Positions 1 to 12,410 are shown, numbered from the whole stretch's first letter. The stretch is DNA of 63,009 bases, filler included, from Chiloscyllium plagiosum (GCF_004010195.1; 5 parts of one record of this genome joined end to end with filler, not necessarily neighbours in it); one strand, 5' to 3'. The notes: generated by a model from the letters alone, not told the origin. Made by a program: numbers and translations.

Positions 1-9
1 TCTATGTTC

Positions 10-657
10 ATAGCTCTTTGGAAGTTGCCACTCAGGTGGATAGAGCTTATAAGAAGGCCTATGATGTATTAGCGTTCATTAGCCGAGGGATTAACTTCAA
101 GAGTCGTGAGGTGATGTTGCAGCTGTACAGGACCTTGGTAAGGCTACATTTGGAGTACTGTGTGCAGTTCTGGTCGCCTCATTTTAGGAAAGATGTGGAA
201 GCTTTGGAGAGGGTGCAGAGGAGATTTACCAGGAAGTTGCCTGGCATGGAGAATCGGCGTACGAGGATAGGTTGAGAGTATTAGGCCTTTTCTCATTGGA
301 ACGGCGAATGATGAGGGGTGATTTAGTAGATGTTTAAAAGATGATCGGGGAATAGATAGAGTAGTCAGTCAGAGACTTTTTCCCCGGGTACAACAGAGTG
401 TTACAAGGGGACATAAATTTAAGGTGAAGGGTGGAAGGGAGAGGGGGGATGTCAGGGGTAGGTTCTTTACCCAGAGAGTGGTGGGGGCATGGAATGCGCT
501 GCCTGTGGGAATGGCAGAGTCAGAATTATTGGTGGCCTTTAAGCGGCAATTGGATAGGTACATGGATAGGTGCTTAAGCTAGGACAAATGTTTGGCACAA
601 CATCGTGGGCCAAAGGGCCTGTTCTGTGCTGTATTGTTCTATGTTCTATGTTCTATG
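10..657 (+). mobile_element. CR1/HER1-type LINE, 3' fragment
   Basis: ORF 18-275 LQLYRTLVRLHLEYCVQFWSP (CR1 ORF2 C-terminus). Ends in a (ttctatg)n tail. Confidence 0.9.
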
Positions 658-879
658 GTCAGCATGCATGAGTTGGACCCAAGGGTCTATTTGTGAGCTG
701 TACAGCTCTATGACTGTATCACTCTCAAACTATATTGGTCTCTCTCTAGAAAACATTTGGGTGGTACAGGGTTCCATAGGCTCACTATTCATAATCTCAG
801 TCTGACATGGCCTGCTCCATCCCCTTTGACTGTGAGCCCTGGTTCTGGACTCGCTGGTCATCACGAACATCCTCCCTGC

Positions 880-1460
880 ATTTCCCCTGTCTCATCCAGT
901 TAGAATTTTATCGGTTTCTTCGAGATTCTTCTAATTCCCTCATTCTTCTAAACTCCAGTGCTGATCATCCACCCTGCCATCCCAGGAATCAGTCTGGTAA
1001 CCCTTCACTGCCCTCCCTCCATCACCAGAACATCCTTCCTCAGATAAGGAGACCAAACCTGTCCACAATACTCCAGGTGTAGTCTCCCCAAGGCCCTGTA
1101 TAATTGCAGCAAGACCTCCCTGCTCCTGGACTCGAATCCTCTCACTATGAAGGCCCACATCCCATTTCCCTTCCTTGCCGCCTGCTGTACCTGCACGCTT
1201 ACTTTCAGAGACTGGGGTACAAGGATACCCAGGTCCCATTGCCCCTGCCCCTTTCCCAATCTATCCCCAATCTGCCTTTCTGACCCTCACCACCCCACCT
1301 CACATTTATCCACATTATACTGCATCTGCCATGTAGTTCCCCATTCCCTCAGCCGGTCCAAATCCCACTGAGACATCTCTGCATGCTCCCCACAGCTCAC
1401 CCTCCCACCCAGCTTCGTGTTGTCAGCAAACCTGGAGAGATTACATTTAGTTCCCCATCT
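880..1460 (-). mobile_element. Older CR1 LINE fragment
   Basis: Minus ORF LLQLYRALGRLHLEYCGQVWSPYLRKD. Confidence 0.8.
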
Positions 1461-1473
1461 ACATGATTGTTAC

Positions 1474-4150
1474 ATATAGAACATAGAACAGTTCAGAGCT
1501 GTACAGGCCCTTCGGCCCTCGATGTTGCTTCGCTCTGCAGAACCAACCTGAAGTCCATCTATCCTACACTATTCCATTCTTGTCGATTATATGTCTATCT
1601 GATGACCATTTAAACACCCTTACAGTTGGCAAGTCTACTACTGTTGCAGGCAGTGCATTCCACGCCCCTACCACTCTCTGAGTAAAGAAACTACCTCTGA
1701 CATCTGTCCTACATCTATCACCCCTCAATTTACAGTTATGCCCCCTCGTGCTAGCCATTGTCATCCGAGGAAAAAGACTTTCACTGTCCACTCTATCTAA
1801 CCTTCACCCTAATCTTATATATCTCAATTAAGTCGCCTTTCAACCTTCTTCTCTCTAACGAAAATAGCTTCAAGTCCCTCAGCCTTTCCTCGTAAGACCT
1901 TCCCTCCATACCAGGCAACATCACAGTAAATCTCTTCTGAATCCTTTCCAAAGCTTCCATATCCTTCCAATAATGTGGTGACCAGAACTGTACGCAATAC
2001 TCCAACTGCAACCAATTTTGTACAATTGCAGCATGATCTCATGGTTCCAAAATTCAATCCCTCTACCAATAAAAGCTAACACACTAGATGCCTTCTTAAC
2101 AACCCTATCAACCTGGGTGGCAACCTTCAAGGGTCTATGCACCTGGACACCGAGATCCCTCTGCTCATCTACACGACCAAGAATCTCACCATTAGCCCAG
2201 TACTCCAAACTCCTGTTAATCTTTCCAAAGTGACAAAGTGAATCACCTCACGCTTTTCCGCATTAAACACCATTTGCCACCTCTCAGCCCAGCTCTGCAG
2301 CTTATCTATGTCTCTCTATAACCTACAACATCCTTTGCCACTATCCACAACTCCAACGACCTTAGCATCATCCACAAATTTACTAATCCATCCTTCTCTG
2401 CCCTCATCCAGGTCATTTATAAAAATGACAAACAACAGTAGGATGAATATTTCCCATCAACCACCACCCTCTGTCTTCTTTCAGCCAGCCGATTTCTGAT
2501 CCAAGCCGCTAAATCACCCTCAATCCCATGCCTCTGTATTTTGTATAATAGCCTACCATAAGGAACCTTTCAAATGTTTTACTGAAATCCATATACACCA
2601 CATCAACCACTTTACCCTCATCCACCTGTTTGTTCACCTTCTCAAAGAACTCAATAAGGTTTGTGAGGCACGACCTACCCTTCACAAAACTGTGTTGACT
2701 ATCACTAATTAACTTATTCCTTTCTAGATCATTATAAATCCTATCTCTTATAACCTTTTCCAACACTTTACCCATAAGGGGCGGCACGGAGGCTCAGTGG
2801 TTAGCACTGCTGCCTCACAGCGCCAGAGACCCGGGTTCAATTCCAGCCTCAGGCGACTGACTGTGTGGAGTTTGCACATTCTCCCCGTGGCTGCGTGGGT
2901 TTCCTCCGGGTGCTCCGGTTTCCTCCCAAATCCAAAGATGTGCAGGGTCAGGTGAATTGGCCATACTAAATTGCCTGTAGTGTTAGGTAAGGGGTAAATG
3001 TAGGGGTATGGGTGGGTTTCGCTTCGGCGGGTTGGTGTGGACTTGTTGGGCCGAAGGGCCTGCTTCCACACTGTAAGTAATCTAATCTAATAACCGAAGT
3101 AAGCCTCACAGGTCAATAATACTAGGGTTGTCTCTACTCCCCATCTTGAACAAGGGAACAACATTTGCTATCCTCCAGTCTTCTGGCACTATTCCTGTAG
3201 ACAATGTCGACATAAAGATCAAAGCCAAAGGCTCAGCAATCTCCTCCCTGGCTTCCCAGAGAATCTTAGGATAAATCCCATCCGGACCAGGGGACTTATC
3301 TTTTTTTTACACTTTCCAGAATTGCTAACACTTTCTCCTTATGCACTTCAGTCCCATCTAGTCTAGTCGCCTGTTTCTCACTGTTCTCCTCGACATTGTC
3401 TTTCTCTAGTCTGAATAATGACGAAAAGCATTCATTTAGCACTTCCCCTGGCTTCTCTGACTCCACGCACAACGTCCCACTATTATCCTTGATTGGCCCT
3501 AATTTTACTCTCGTCATTCTTTTATTCCTGATATACCAATCGAAAGCCTTAGGGTTTTCCTTGATCCTATCCACCAACGACTTCTCATGGCCCCTCCTAG
3601 CTCTTCTTAACTCTCTCTCTTTAGGTCTTTCCTGGCTAACCTGTAACTCTCAAGTGCCCTAACTGAGCCTTCACATCTCATCCTAACATAAGCCTCCTTC
3701 TTCCTCTTGACAAGAAATTCAACTCCTTTAGTAGACCACAGCTCCAGCGCTCAACCACTTCCTCCCTGCTTGATAGGTACATACTTATCAAGCACCCGCA
3801 GTAGCTGGTCCTTGAATAAACACATTTCTATTGTGCCCATTCCCTGCAGTTTCCTTCCCCATCCTATGCATCCTAAATCTTGCCTAATTGCATTGTAATT
3901 GCCTTTCCCCCAGCTGTAATTTTTGCCCTGTGGTATATACCTATCTCTTTCCATCACTAAGGTAATTATAACCGAATTGTGGTCACTATCACCAAAGTGC
4001 TAACCACCTCCAAATCTAACACTTGGCCGGGTTCATTACCCAGTACCAAATACAATGTGGCCTCACCCTTTGTTGACCTGTCTACATGCTATGTCTGGAA
4101 ACCCTCCAGCATACATTGGACAAAAACTGACCCATCTAAAGTGCTTGAAA
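1474..4150 (-). mobile_element. Decayed CR1 LINE ORF2 (about 2.3 kb), interrupted by a SINE
   Basis: (catagaa)n tail at about 1475-1490. Minus ORF pieces LEYCVQFWSPHY, SQHSFVKGRSCLTNLIEFFE..VDVVYMDFSK and IKENPKAF, with frameshifts. Confidence 0.9.
2779..3091 (+). mobile_element. HE1-type tRNA-derived SINE, near full length
   Basis: A-box-like ggctcagtggttagc and B-box-like gggttcaattcc. V-domain-like ctgtgtggagtttgcacattctccccgtg core, CR1-like gggccgaagggcctg 3' end and (taatc)n tail. Confidence 0.9.
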
Positions 4151-4239
4151 TATCGTAATCCTAGTCAATATTTGGGAAGTGAAAGATGTCCTAACAACTC
4201 CCCTGTCACTCTTGCTCCTATCAAATGTTGTGAATAGCT

Positions 4240-5270
4240 GGAGTCCAAGCCATTGGTTGCCATTCAGAAAAAGACCCGTTTATTCCTACTCTTCATTTCC
4301 TGTCTGCCAATGAGTTTTCTATCCATTTCAATTCACTGCCCCCAATCCCATGTGCTTTAATGTTACATGCTAATCTCTCATGTGGGACCTTATCAAAAGC
4401 TTTCTGAAAATTCATGAAAACCAGGTCCACTGGCTCTCCATCATCAACCCTACTCATTACATTCTGAAAATCTCAAATAGATTTGTCCAGAATGATATCC
4501 CTTTTAGTAAATCCATGCTGATTCGGTCACTGTATTCCAAGTGCTCAGTTACTGAATCTTTTAGAATGGACTCCAACATTTTTCTCACAGCTGATGTGAG
4601 GCTAACTGCTCAATAATTTTGTTTTCTCCCCACCTCCTTTTAAATAGTGCACTTACATTACCCTGAAATCTGCAGGAATTAGACCAGAGACTATAGAATC
4701 TTGGAAGATGAGCGCCAATGCATCCACTATTCCTAAGACCCTTCCTGAAGTACTCTGGGATGTAGCTTACTAGGGCCTGGGAATTTATCAGCCTTCAATC
4801 ACATTAATTTTACCAACAGCATTTCCCTTCCAAACCTGATTTCCTTCAGTTCTTCCCTCTCACTAAACCCTATATATTTCCCAACATTTCTGGTCTGTTA
4901 TTTGTGTGCTCCTTAGTGAAGATGTGGAACTACCTGAGAAAGGAGCAGGCACTCTGAAAGCTTGTGCTTTCAAATAAACCTGTTGGACTAAACCCAGTGC
5001 TGTGTGATGTTTGACACTGACTCCTGAGTGAATTTGGACTAAAGTATTTAATTTGTCTGCCATCTTTTTGTTTCCCATTTTACTTCCCCTGTTTTTAACT
5101 ATAAGGGCCTACATTTGCCTTCACACAGCTATAGAAACTTTTACAATCAGTTTGTACGTTCTCTGGAACCTTACTCTCGTGCTCTATTCTCCTCTTGTAT
5201 CCTTTGCTAAAGTTGTTGTCTGTTGCACTCTTCAGATCAAAACCACAAACTGCTCCCCATCCTCAGGTCT
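4240..5270 (-). mobile_element. Old CR1 LINE fragment with an inserted PLE terminal fragment (about 4925-5012)
   Basis: Decayed RT-region sequence (acctta tcaaaagctttctgaaaattc). The insert cctgagaaaggagcaggcactctgaaagcttgtg...tgttggacta is homologous to 62150-62300. Confidence 0.6.
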
Positions 5271-5273
5271 GTT

Positions 5274-6250
5274 ATAGAGTCATAGAGATGGACAGCATGG
5301 ATACAGACTCTTCAGTCCAACCCGTCCATGCCGACCAGATATCCCAACTCAATCTAGTCCCACCTGCCAGCACCCGGCCCATATCCCTCCAAACCCTTCC
5401 TATTCATATACCCATCCAAATGCCTCTTAAATGTTGCAATTGTACCAGCCTCCACCACATCCTCTGGCAGCTCATTCCATACACGTACCACCCTCTGCGT
5501 GAAAAACGTGCCACTGAAGTCTCTTTAATATCTTTCCCCTCTCACCCTAAACCTATGCCCTCTAGTTCTGGACTCCCCCACCCCAGGGAAAAGACTTTGC
5601 CCATTTACTTATCCATGCCCCTCATGATTTTGTAAACCTCTCTAAGGTCACCCCTCAGCCTCCGACACTCCAGGGAAAACAGCCCCAGCATCTTCAGCCT
5701 CTCTCTATAGCTCAGATCCTCCAACCCTGTCAACATTCTTGGAAATCTTTTCTGAACCCTTTCAAGTTTCACAACATTTTTCCAATAGGAAGGAGACCAA
5801 CACCATTTCCCTTCCAAACCTGACTTCCTTCAGTTTCTCTCTCTCATTAAACCCTGTATACTTCCCGACATTTCTGATCTGTTATTTGTGTGCTCCTTAG
5901 AGAGGATGTGGAACTACCTGAGGAAGGAGCAGGCGCAATATTCCAACAGTGGCCTAACCAATATCCTGTACAGCCGCAAAATGACCTCCCAACTCCTGTA
6001 CTCAATACACTGACCAATAAAGGAAAGCATACCAAACGTCTACTTCACTATCCTATCTACTTGTGACTCTACTTTCAAGGAGCTATGAACCTGCACTCCA
6101 AGGTCTCTTTGTTCAGCAACACTCCCTAGGACCTTACCATTAAGTGTATAAGTCATGGTAAGACTTGCTTTCCCAAAATGCAGCACCTCTCATTTATCTA
6201 AAATAAACTCCATCCGCCACTTCTGAGCCCATTGGCCCATCTGATCAAGA
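5274..6250 (-). mobile_element. CR1/HER1 LINE 3' fragment
   Basis: (atagagtc) tail. Minus ORF WSPSYWKNVVKLERVQKRF...LRGDL. Confidence 0.88.
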
Positions 6251-6484
6251 TCTTATTTTTATTTCTGGCCAATTTGTAGGCCCCTTCCTTAAATTTTATG
6301 CTATCCCTAAATCCCTGATTTACGATACCAACTCAAGGTTAATACTGGACTCGTCAGATTCCAGAGTGAAACCTGGCTTAATAGACATCAGATTTATGTT
6401 TGTAATTTGGTTGCTCTGGGAGTCAGTTACTGAATGTACTGGCATGCAGCTGTCAGTGTACTTTTCAAAATAGAACATACATTT

Positions 6485-6770
6485 ATAGAATCATAGTCAT
6501 AGAGATATACAGCATGGAAACTGACCCAACCTCAGGGAGAAGACCTTGTCTATTTATCCTATCCGTGCCCTCATGATTTTATAAACCTCTATAAGATCAC
6601 CCCTCAGTCTCCGAAGCTGCAGGGAAAACAGCCCCAGCTTATTCAACCTCTCCCTGTAGCTCAAACTCTCCAACCCTGGCAACATCCTTGTAAATTTTTT
6701 CTGAACCCTTTCAAGTCTGACTACATCCTTCCGATAGGAAGGAGACCAGAACTGCACACAATATTCCAAA
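6485..6770 (-). mobile_element. CR1 LINE 3' fragment, internally deleted
   Basis: ORF LEYCVQFWSPSYRKDVVRLERVQKKFTRMLPG. Confidence 0.85.
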
Positions 6771-7270
6771 ATCACAAAAGAAAATAAGACAAATCTATAT
6801 ATATATAAAAGCAATTTAAAAAGATCTTATCATAAACTGTAAAAAGAATAATTCAACCTTTTTCCAGCAAATCCTTTACAGATGTTAAACCTCATATAAT
6901 TTGAAATTTCTTAGTCAGCTGGCAAGATCATAAGTCTTTTCTTTTGACACCTTTCTGCATATTCACCAGATTCCTGTCTCCCTAAGACAGAGCCACTCAC
7001 TGACTTCTCTCACTGAATTTGAAGCAAAACTCAGGGCCTTCTCCAGCCTGTTTACTTGGATTGTTGTGACAGCCTGAGACTTATTTCCAGCTCTGATGGC
7101 CTAGGGACTATCAAAGCAAACTCCCCTTCTGCTGGTTTGGAGTTTTTCTTCTGAACTGAACCTGCTTCTGGCTTCTGCCCTTTCTTTCTGTGGGACAAAA
7201 ACATGATGATGCTCTGTCCCAGTGCTAAACAGAAAAGGTTCCCACCCATAAAAAATGCTTTTTTTTAAAA

Positions 7271-7610
7271 GGGTGGCATGGTGGCTCAGTGGTTAGCACT
7301 GCTGCCTCACAATGTCAGGGTCCCAGGCTCGATTCCAGCCTCCGGCGACTGTGTGGCGTTTGCACATTTTGCACATTCTCCCCGTGTCTGAGTGGATTTA
7401 CTCCGGGTGCTCCGGTTTCCTCCCACAATCCAAAGACGTGCAGGTTAAGTCAATCGGTCATGCTAAATTGCCCACAGTGTTCAGGGATGTGTAGGTTGGG
7501 TACATTAGTCAGCGGTCAAAGTAGGGTAGGGGGATGGGTCTGGGTGGGAAACTCTGCAGAGGGTCAGTGTGGACTTGTTGGGCCAAATGGCCTGTTTGCA
7601 CACTTTTGGT
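7271..7610 (+). mobile_element. HE1-type SINE
   Basis: Same tRNA head (ggtggctcagtggttagcactgctgcctcac), core and tail as 2779-3091. Confidence 0.88.
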
Positions 7611-8304
7611 GTTCTTTGATTCTAAAGTCACCTACATATAATGAAAGTCTTCTACATTTAAACTCAGGTTTCCAAGTAACATGAAAATATTATGAACCTT
7701 CATCATAATGTGCAGAGTATGGCGGCTATCTCTGCATGACACTTCCCCAAGAGAGACAGTGACATGAGGGCTCTTGTACAGCAACAACATCTCCTACTGT
7801 GATATATGAAATTATCACTAATTCCACAATCTGACTGATACACTGGCTGTAAGCGTGGAACGATATGGTAAGGCCTAGTTCTGATATGCTCACACATTTC
7901 TTTTACCTTCAGTATTCTCCATATGAATGTGCAATATCACAGCTGCAACACTCAATAATAAGGTTTAAGGATGCTTGATGTATGACCTCAAGACTGACTA
8001 TAAACTGTGGAGCTCCAGCACCCTGTACAGTTGCAGTAAGACTCCCCTACTCTTATAATCCAATCCCCTTGAAACAAGGCCCAACACTCCAGTAGCCCTT
8101 CCTGATTACCTGCTGTTCCTGGGTGCTAGCTTTCTGTGTTTGTGCACAAGTCCCCCCCAAGTCCCTTTGTGTTGCAGCGTTCTGCAGTCTCTCTTCATTT
8201 AAATAATACTGTTCTTTTGTTCTCCCGTACAAAACGAACAACTTCACATTTTTCTTATAATACTCCATTTTACAACTTTTGCTCACTTACTTAACCTGTC
8301 ATTA

Positions 8305-9027
8305 AAATTGGAGGTGTAGTGGACAGCGAAGAGGTTTACCTCAGATTACAATGGGATCTTGATCAGATGGAAATGTGTTGCTGGAAAAGTGCAGCAGGTC
8401 AGGCAGCATCCAGGGAACAGGAGAATCGACGTTTCGGGCATAAGCCCTTCTTCAGACCTCACTTTCTCCTCTTGATCAGACGGGCCAATGGGTTGAGAAG
8501 TGGCAGATGGAGTTTATTTTAGATAAATGTGAGGTGCTGCATTTAGGGAAAGCAAAATTGAGTACAGGAGTTGGGAGGTCATATTGCGGCTGTACAGGAC
8601 ATTGGTTAGGCCATTTTTGGAATATTGCATGCAATTCTGGTCTCCTTCCTATTGGAAAGATGTTATGAAAATTGAAAGGGTTCAGAAAAGATTTACAAGG
8701 ATGTTGCCAGGGGTGGGGGTGTCTCGAACTAGAGGGCATAGGTTTAGGGTGAGAGGGGAAAGATATAAAAGGGACCAAAGGGGCAACGTTTTCACACAGA
8801 GGGTGGTGCATGTATGGAATGAGCAGCCGGAGGAAGTGGAGGAGGCTGGTATAATTGCAACGTTTAAAAGAATCTGGATGGGCATATGAATAGGAAGGGT
8901 TTGTGAATAGGAATGGATATGGGCCGGGTGCTGGCAGGTGGGACTAGATTGGGTTAGGATATCTGGTTGGCATGGACGAGTTGGACCGAAGAGTCTGTTT
9001 CCGTGCTGTACATCTCTATGACTCTAT
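8305..9027 (+). mobile_element. CR1 LINE 3' fragment with deletions, carrying a PLE-terminus insertion
   Basis: ORFs DSEEVYLRLQWDLDQM and LYRTLVRPFLEYCMQFWSP. ctctatgactcta tail. Confidence 0.85.
8371..8469 (-). mobile_element. Solo Penelope-like terminal fragment with 14-bp TSD and a minimal hammerhead motif (8428-8455)
   Basis: TSD tcttgatcaga(t/c)gg at 8357-8370 and 8470-8483. Minus strand reads CTGAAGAAGGGCTTATGCCCGAAACGTCGA. Confidence 0.8.
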
Positions 9028-9039
9028 CTCTCTGTACAT

Positions 9040-10620
9040 GTCTGTGTCCCGAGCGCAACTTGCTTTTCCACCTATTTTTGTGTCACCTGCAGATTTGGCT
9101 ACAGTGCTTTCATTTCCTATATATTGTAAGCAGTTGTGGTCCCAGCACTGATCCCTGTGGAACCCACTGGTTACAGGTCACCAACCCACTCGCTGTTCCC
9201 TGCCACTGAGCTAATTCTCTATCCATGGCAATATATTACCTTCACAACCAAGGGCTTTTATCTATGACTTAATTTTTTGTGAGGTACCTTGTCTCATGCC
9301 TTCTGGAAGCCAAATATAATACATCTACTGGGTCCCCTATATCTAGCCTAGTTTAGACTTCCTTCACAAGCTCTCGTAAATCAGTCAGACATGATTTCCC
9401 TTTCATGAAGCCATGTTGACTTTGTTTCATTTGATTACATTTTTCCAAATGTTCTGCTGTTATATCCTTAAGAATTGATTCTAATGCTTTTCAAACAGTC
9501 GATGTTAGGCTAATCAGCCAATAAATACCCTCTTTTTGCCTCCCTCCCTTTTTGAATTGGGGTATCACATTGGCAGTTTTCCAATCCCATCCTGGTAATC
9601 CTGTCTTCCAACCTCTTCCGTCAGGCAGAAGATACAGAAACCCGAACACACACAAACACACACACACACACACCAACAGATGCAAGACCAGTTTCTTCCC
9701 CATTGTTGTTAGACTGCTGAATGGATCTCTCAAATTTCAAATTGATTGTTGCCCTTGCTTTTATGCACCTCCTGCACAGTTGTAACCTTGTAGGCCTCGC
9801 TCTGTCTAAGCTCCCTATGATCTGTCCTTGTTTACTATGATCTGCCTGTACTGCTCACAAAGCAAAACTTTTCACTGTACTCAGGTACAAGTGACAATAA
9901 TAAATCAAATCAATCCTCCAGTGCTTCTCCAGAATCTGAAGAGTTTTGGAAAATTATGACCAATGCATCCACTATCTCTGTAGTTCCCTCTTTTAGAATC
10001 CCAGGATGCAAGCCATCATGGCCAGTGGACCTACCTGCCTTTTGCCCATTAGTTTGTCTAATATTACTTCTCCACTGATGGTGATGATATTTAATTCCTC
10101 CCTGTTATTTTTTAATATTAATGGGGTGTTCAAAATACCTTTCATTATAAAGATTGTTACAAAATGTCTTTTTAATTCCTCCACATTTCCCTACTCCACA
10201 TAACTATCTTCCCAGAATCATTTCCTGAGGGGTCTAGATTTGCATTGATATCTCTCTGCCACGTGAAATATTTAAAAAGCTCTTATTGCCAGTTTTCATA
10301 TCCCTTGCTCGTTTGCCTCATAGGTTATTTTCCGCCTCTTTATTATCTTTGTAGTGCTCCTTTGCTGGATTCTGAATTTATCCCAATCTTCAGAGCTATC
10401 ACTGACTTTCACCTCCTGACATGCTTTTTCTATCATTATACTTTCCTTCACTTCATTGGTTAGCCACAGTTGGTTTACCCCACTTTTTGAATCTTTCCTC
10501 CTCACTACGGTATATTTTAGCTGACAGTCATGAATTACCTCCTAAAAGTCTGCTTGCTTGCCTCGTCCACTTTAACTAACTCTTTCCTCATTGCATTGTA
10601 ATTCCCATCCCTGTACTCAA
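9040..10620 (-). mobile_element. Old, highly decayed CR1 LINE
   Basis: Minus ORF fragment WKTANVIPQFKKGGRQKEG..ISLTSTV, plus RT-region DNA (gacatgatttccctttcatgaagccatg). Confidence 0.7.
9586..9913 (+). mobile_element. Rex1/Babar-type LINE 3' end nested in CR1
   Basis: HPGNPVFQPLPSGRRYR...TNRCKTSFFPIVVRLLN. Ends gtgacaataataaatcaaatcaa. Homologous to 60620-60915. Confidence 0.75.
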
Positions 10621-11058
10621 AGATTCAACTGCTTGTCAGAGATTAATGATGTTTAGAGGTTGCCACATCTTATTTCCTTGGGATGTAAAAGAGGCTGGAG
10701 ATACTGGATACCACAAAGGCTATGGTCCCCAACAACATTCCTTCAATAGTACTGAACGCTTGTGCTCCAGAACATGCCACACCCCTAGCCGAGCTGTTCC
10801 AGTACAGTTACAACACTAGCATCTACCCGATAATGTGGAGAATTGTCCGAGTTATGTCCTGTGCGTAAAAAGGACAAAATCAACCCGGACAATTCCCCCC
10901 ACATCAGTCTGCTCTCAATCATCAGTAAAGTGATGGAAGGTGTCATCCACAGTGCTATCAAGCAGCACCTGCTCAGGAACACCCAGACTGGGTTCTGCCA
11001 GGGCCACTCAACTCCTGACCAGGTTTTGGGTCCGTGACCCTCCTTCAGGACAGGATGA

Positions 11059-11400
11059 ATTAGAATCCCTACAGTGTGGGAATAGGCCCTTCGGCCCAAC
11101 AAGTCTACACCGACCCTCCAAAGAGTAACTTACCCAGACCCATTCCCCTACCCTATATTTACCCCTGACTAATGCCCCTAACCCACACATCCCTGAACAC
11201 TATGGGCAATTTAGCTTGGTCAATTCACCTAACTTGCACATCTTTGGATTGTGGGAGGAAACCAGAGTACCTGGAGGAAACCCACGCAGACACTGGGAGA
11301 ATGTGCAAACTCCACACAGACAATTGCCTGAGGCTGGAACTGAACCCAGGTCCCTGGCGCTGTGAGGCAGCAGTGCAAACGACTGAGTCACCGTGCCACC
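11059..11400 (-). mobile_element. HE1-type SINE
   Basis: Reverse complement of the tRNA head, core and tail seen at 2779-3091. Confidence 0.88.
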
Positions 11401-11617
11401 CTAAATGGGTCACCTGATTTGAAATGTTACCTCTGTCTTCTCTCCACAGATACTGCCAGACCTGCCGAGTCTCTGGAACTATTTATGTTTTGTTTGTTCC
11501 AGATCTCCAGCATCCCACACTTTTTTGTTGTATATTATTCATTACAGCCTTGGTTCAAACATGGACAGAAGAACTGAATTCCAGAGGTGAGGTGAGAGTG
11601 ACTGCCCTTGACATCAA

Positions 11618-11651
11618 CTCCTGATGAAGGGCTTTTGCCCGAAACGTCGAT
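11618..11651 (+). ncRNA. Minimal type-I hammerhead ribozyme motif, copy 1 of the tandem pair
   Basis: CTGATGA-A-GGGC tttt GCCC-GAAACGTC. Intact core boxes, 4-bp stem II, palindromic ACGT helix III and a GUC cleavage triplet. Stem I is weak. Confidence 0.7.
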
Positions 11652-11772
11652 TTCCCTGCTCCTCGGATGCGGCCTGACCTGCTGTGCTTTTCCAGCATAA
11701 TTCTAATCTTGCCCTTGACATCAAGGCCATTTTTGACTGAGGTGAGGTGAGAGTGACTGCCCTTGACATCAA

Positions 11773-11806
11773 CTCCTGATGAAGGGCTTTTGCCCGAAAC
11801 GTCGAT
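11773..11806 (+). ncRNA. Minimal type-I hammerhead ribozyme motif, copy 2 of the tandem pair
   Basis: Identical core 155 bp downstream of copy 1. Confidence 0.7.
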
Positions 11807-11999
11807 TTCCCTACTCCTCGGATGCGGCCTGACCTGCTGTGCTTTTCCAGCACAATTCTAATCTTGCCCTTGACATCAAGGCCATTTTTGACTGAGTCTG
11901 GCATCAAGGAGCCCAGGAAACCTGGAGTCAATGGATGTCAGGAGAAAAACTTTCCACTAGCTGGATTAAGTGGAGGTAGTAGGGAAAGTTTGCCTTTAT

Positions 12000-12410
12000 T
12001 TTAAAGTATGGAGATGACACAAAAATGAGGAGATAGCGAGGAAAGATATCAAAGGATGCAGCAAGATACAGAGCAGCTGGAAAGATCAACACAGAAATGA
12101 CAGATGGGGTTTATTCTGGACAAGTATGAGATGATATACTTTAGGAGATCAAATGCAAGAGGAAAGTACAATGTAAATGGGAGGACCATTAGGAGCACTG
12201 ACTGATATACAGGGAGATCTTACAAGTCCATAGCTCCCTCAAAGGGGCAAGGCAAGGGAAGAGAGTGATAAGAAGGTATATATCATGCTTGCCTTCATCA
12301 GTTGGGGCATTGGGTATAAACGTTAACAAGGCAGGTGGCAGCTTTATAAAACTTTAGTTTCAACATATTGTGTGCAGTTCTGGCCATCATACTACAGGAA
12401 GGATGTAGAG
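12000..12410 (+). mobile_element. Decayed CR1 fragment running directly into the 26-bp minisatellite
   Basis: gatgacacaaaa (DDTK), then tgtgtgcagttctggccatcatactacaggaaggatgtagag (CVQFWPSYYRKDVE). Confidence 0.8.

Larger units (their letters stand above)
11584..11896 (+). repeat. 155-bp tandem duplication, each unit containing a 92-bp PLE terminus flanked by a 15-bp TSD
   Basis: Units start at 11584 and 11739. TSD tgcccttgacatcaa at 11603-11617 and 11710-11724, repeated in unit 2. Confidence 0.92.
10690..11960 (+). mobile_element. Non-LTR retrotransposon RT fragment (CR1-group lineage distinct from HER1), interrupted by a SINE and PLE termini
   Basis: PVRKKDKINPDN..ISLLSIISKVMEGVI..AIKQHL...GFCQGHSTPD, then ITALVQTWTEELNSRGEVRVTALDI and DxVWHQG-like DNA. 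Confidence 0.75.

Noticed and set aside
2779..2850. tRNA genes at SINE heads
   Set aside because: The tRNA-like heads continue into the SINE core and LINE-like tail in multiple copies, so they are not standalone tRNAs.
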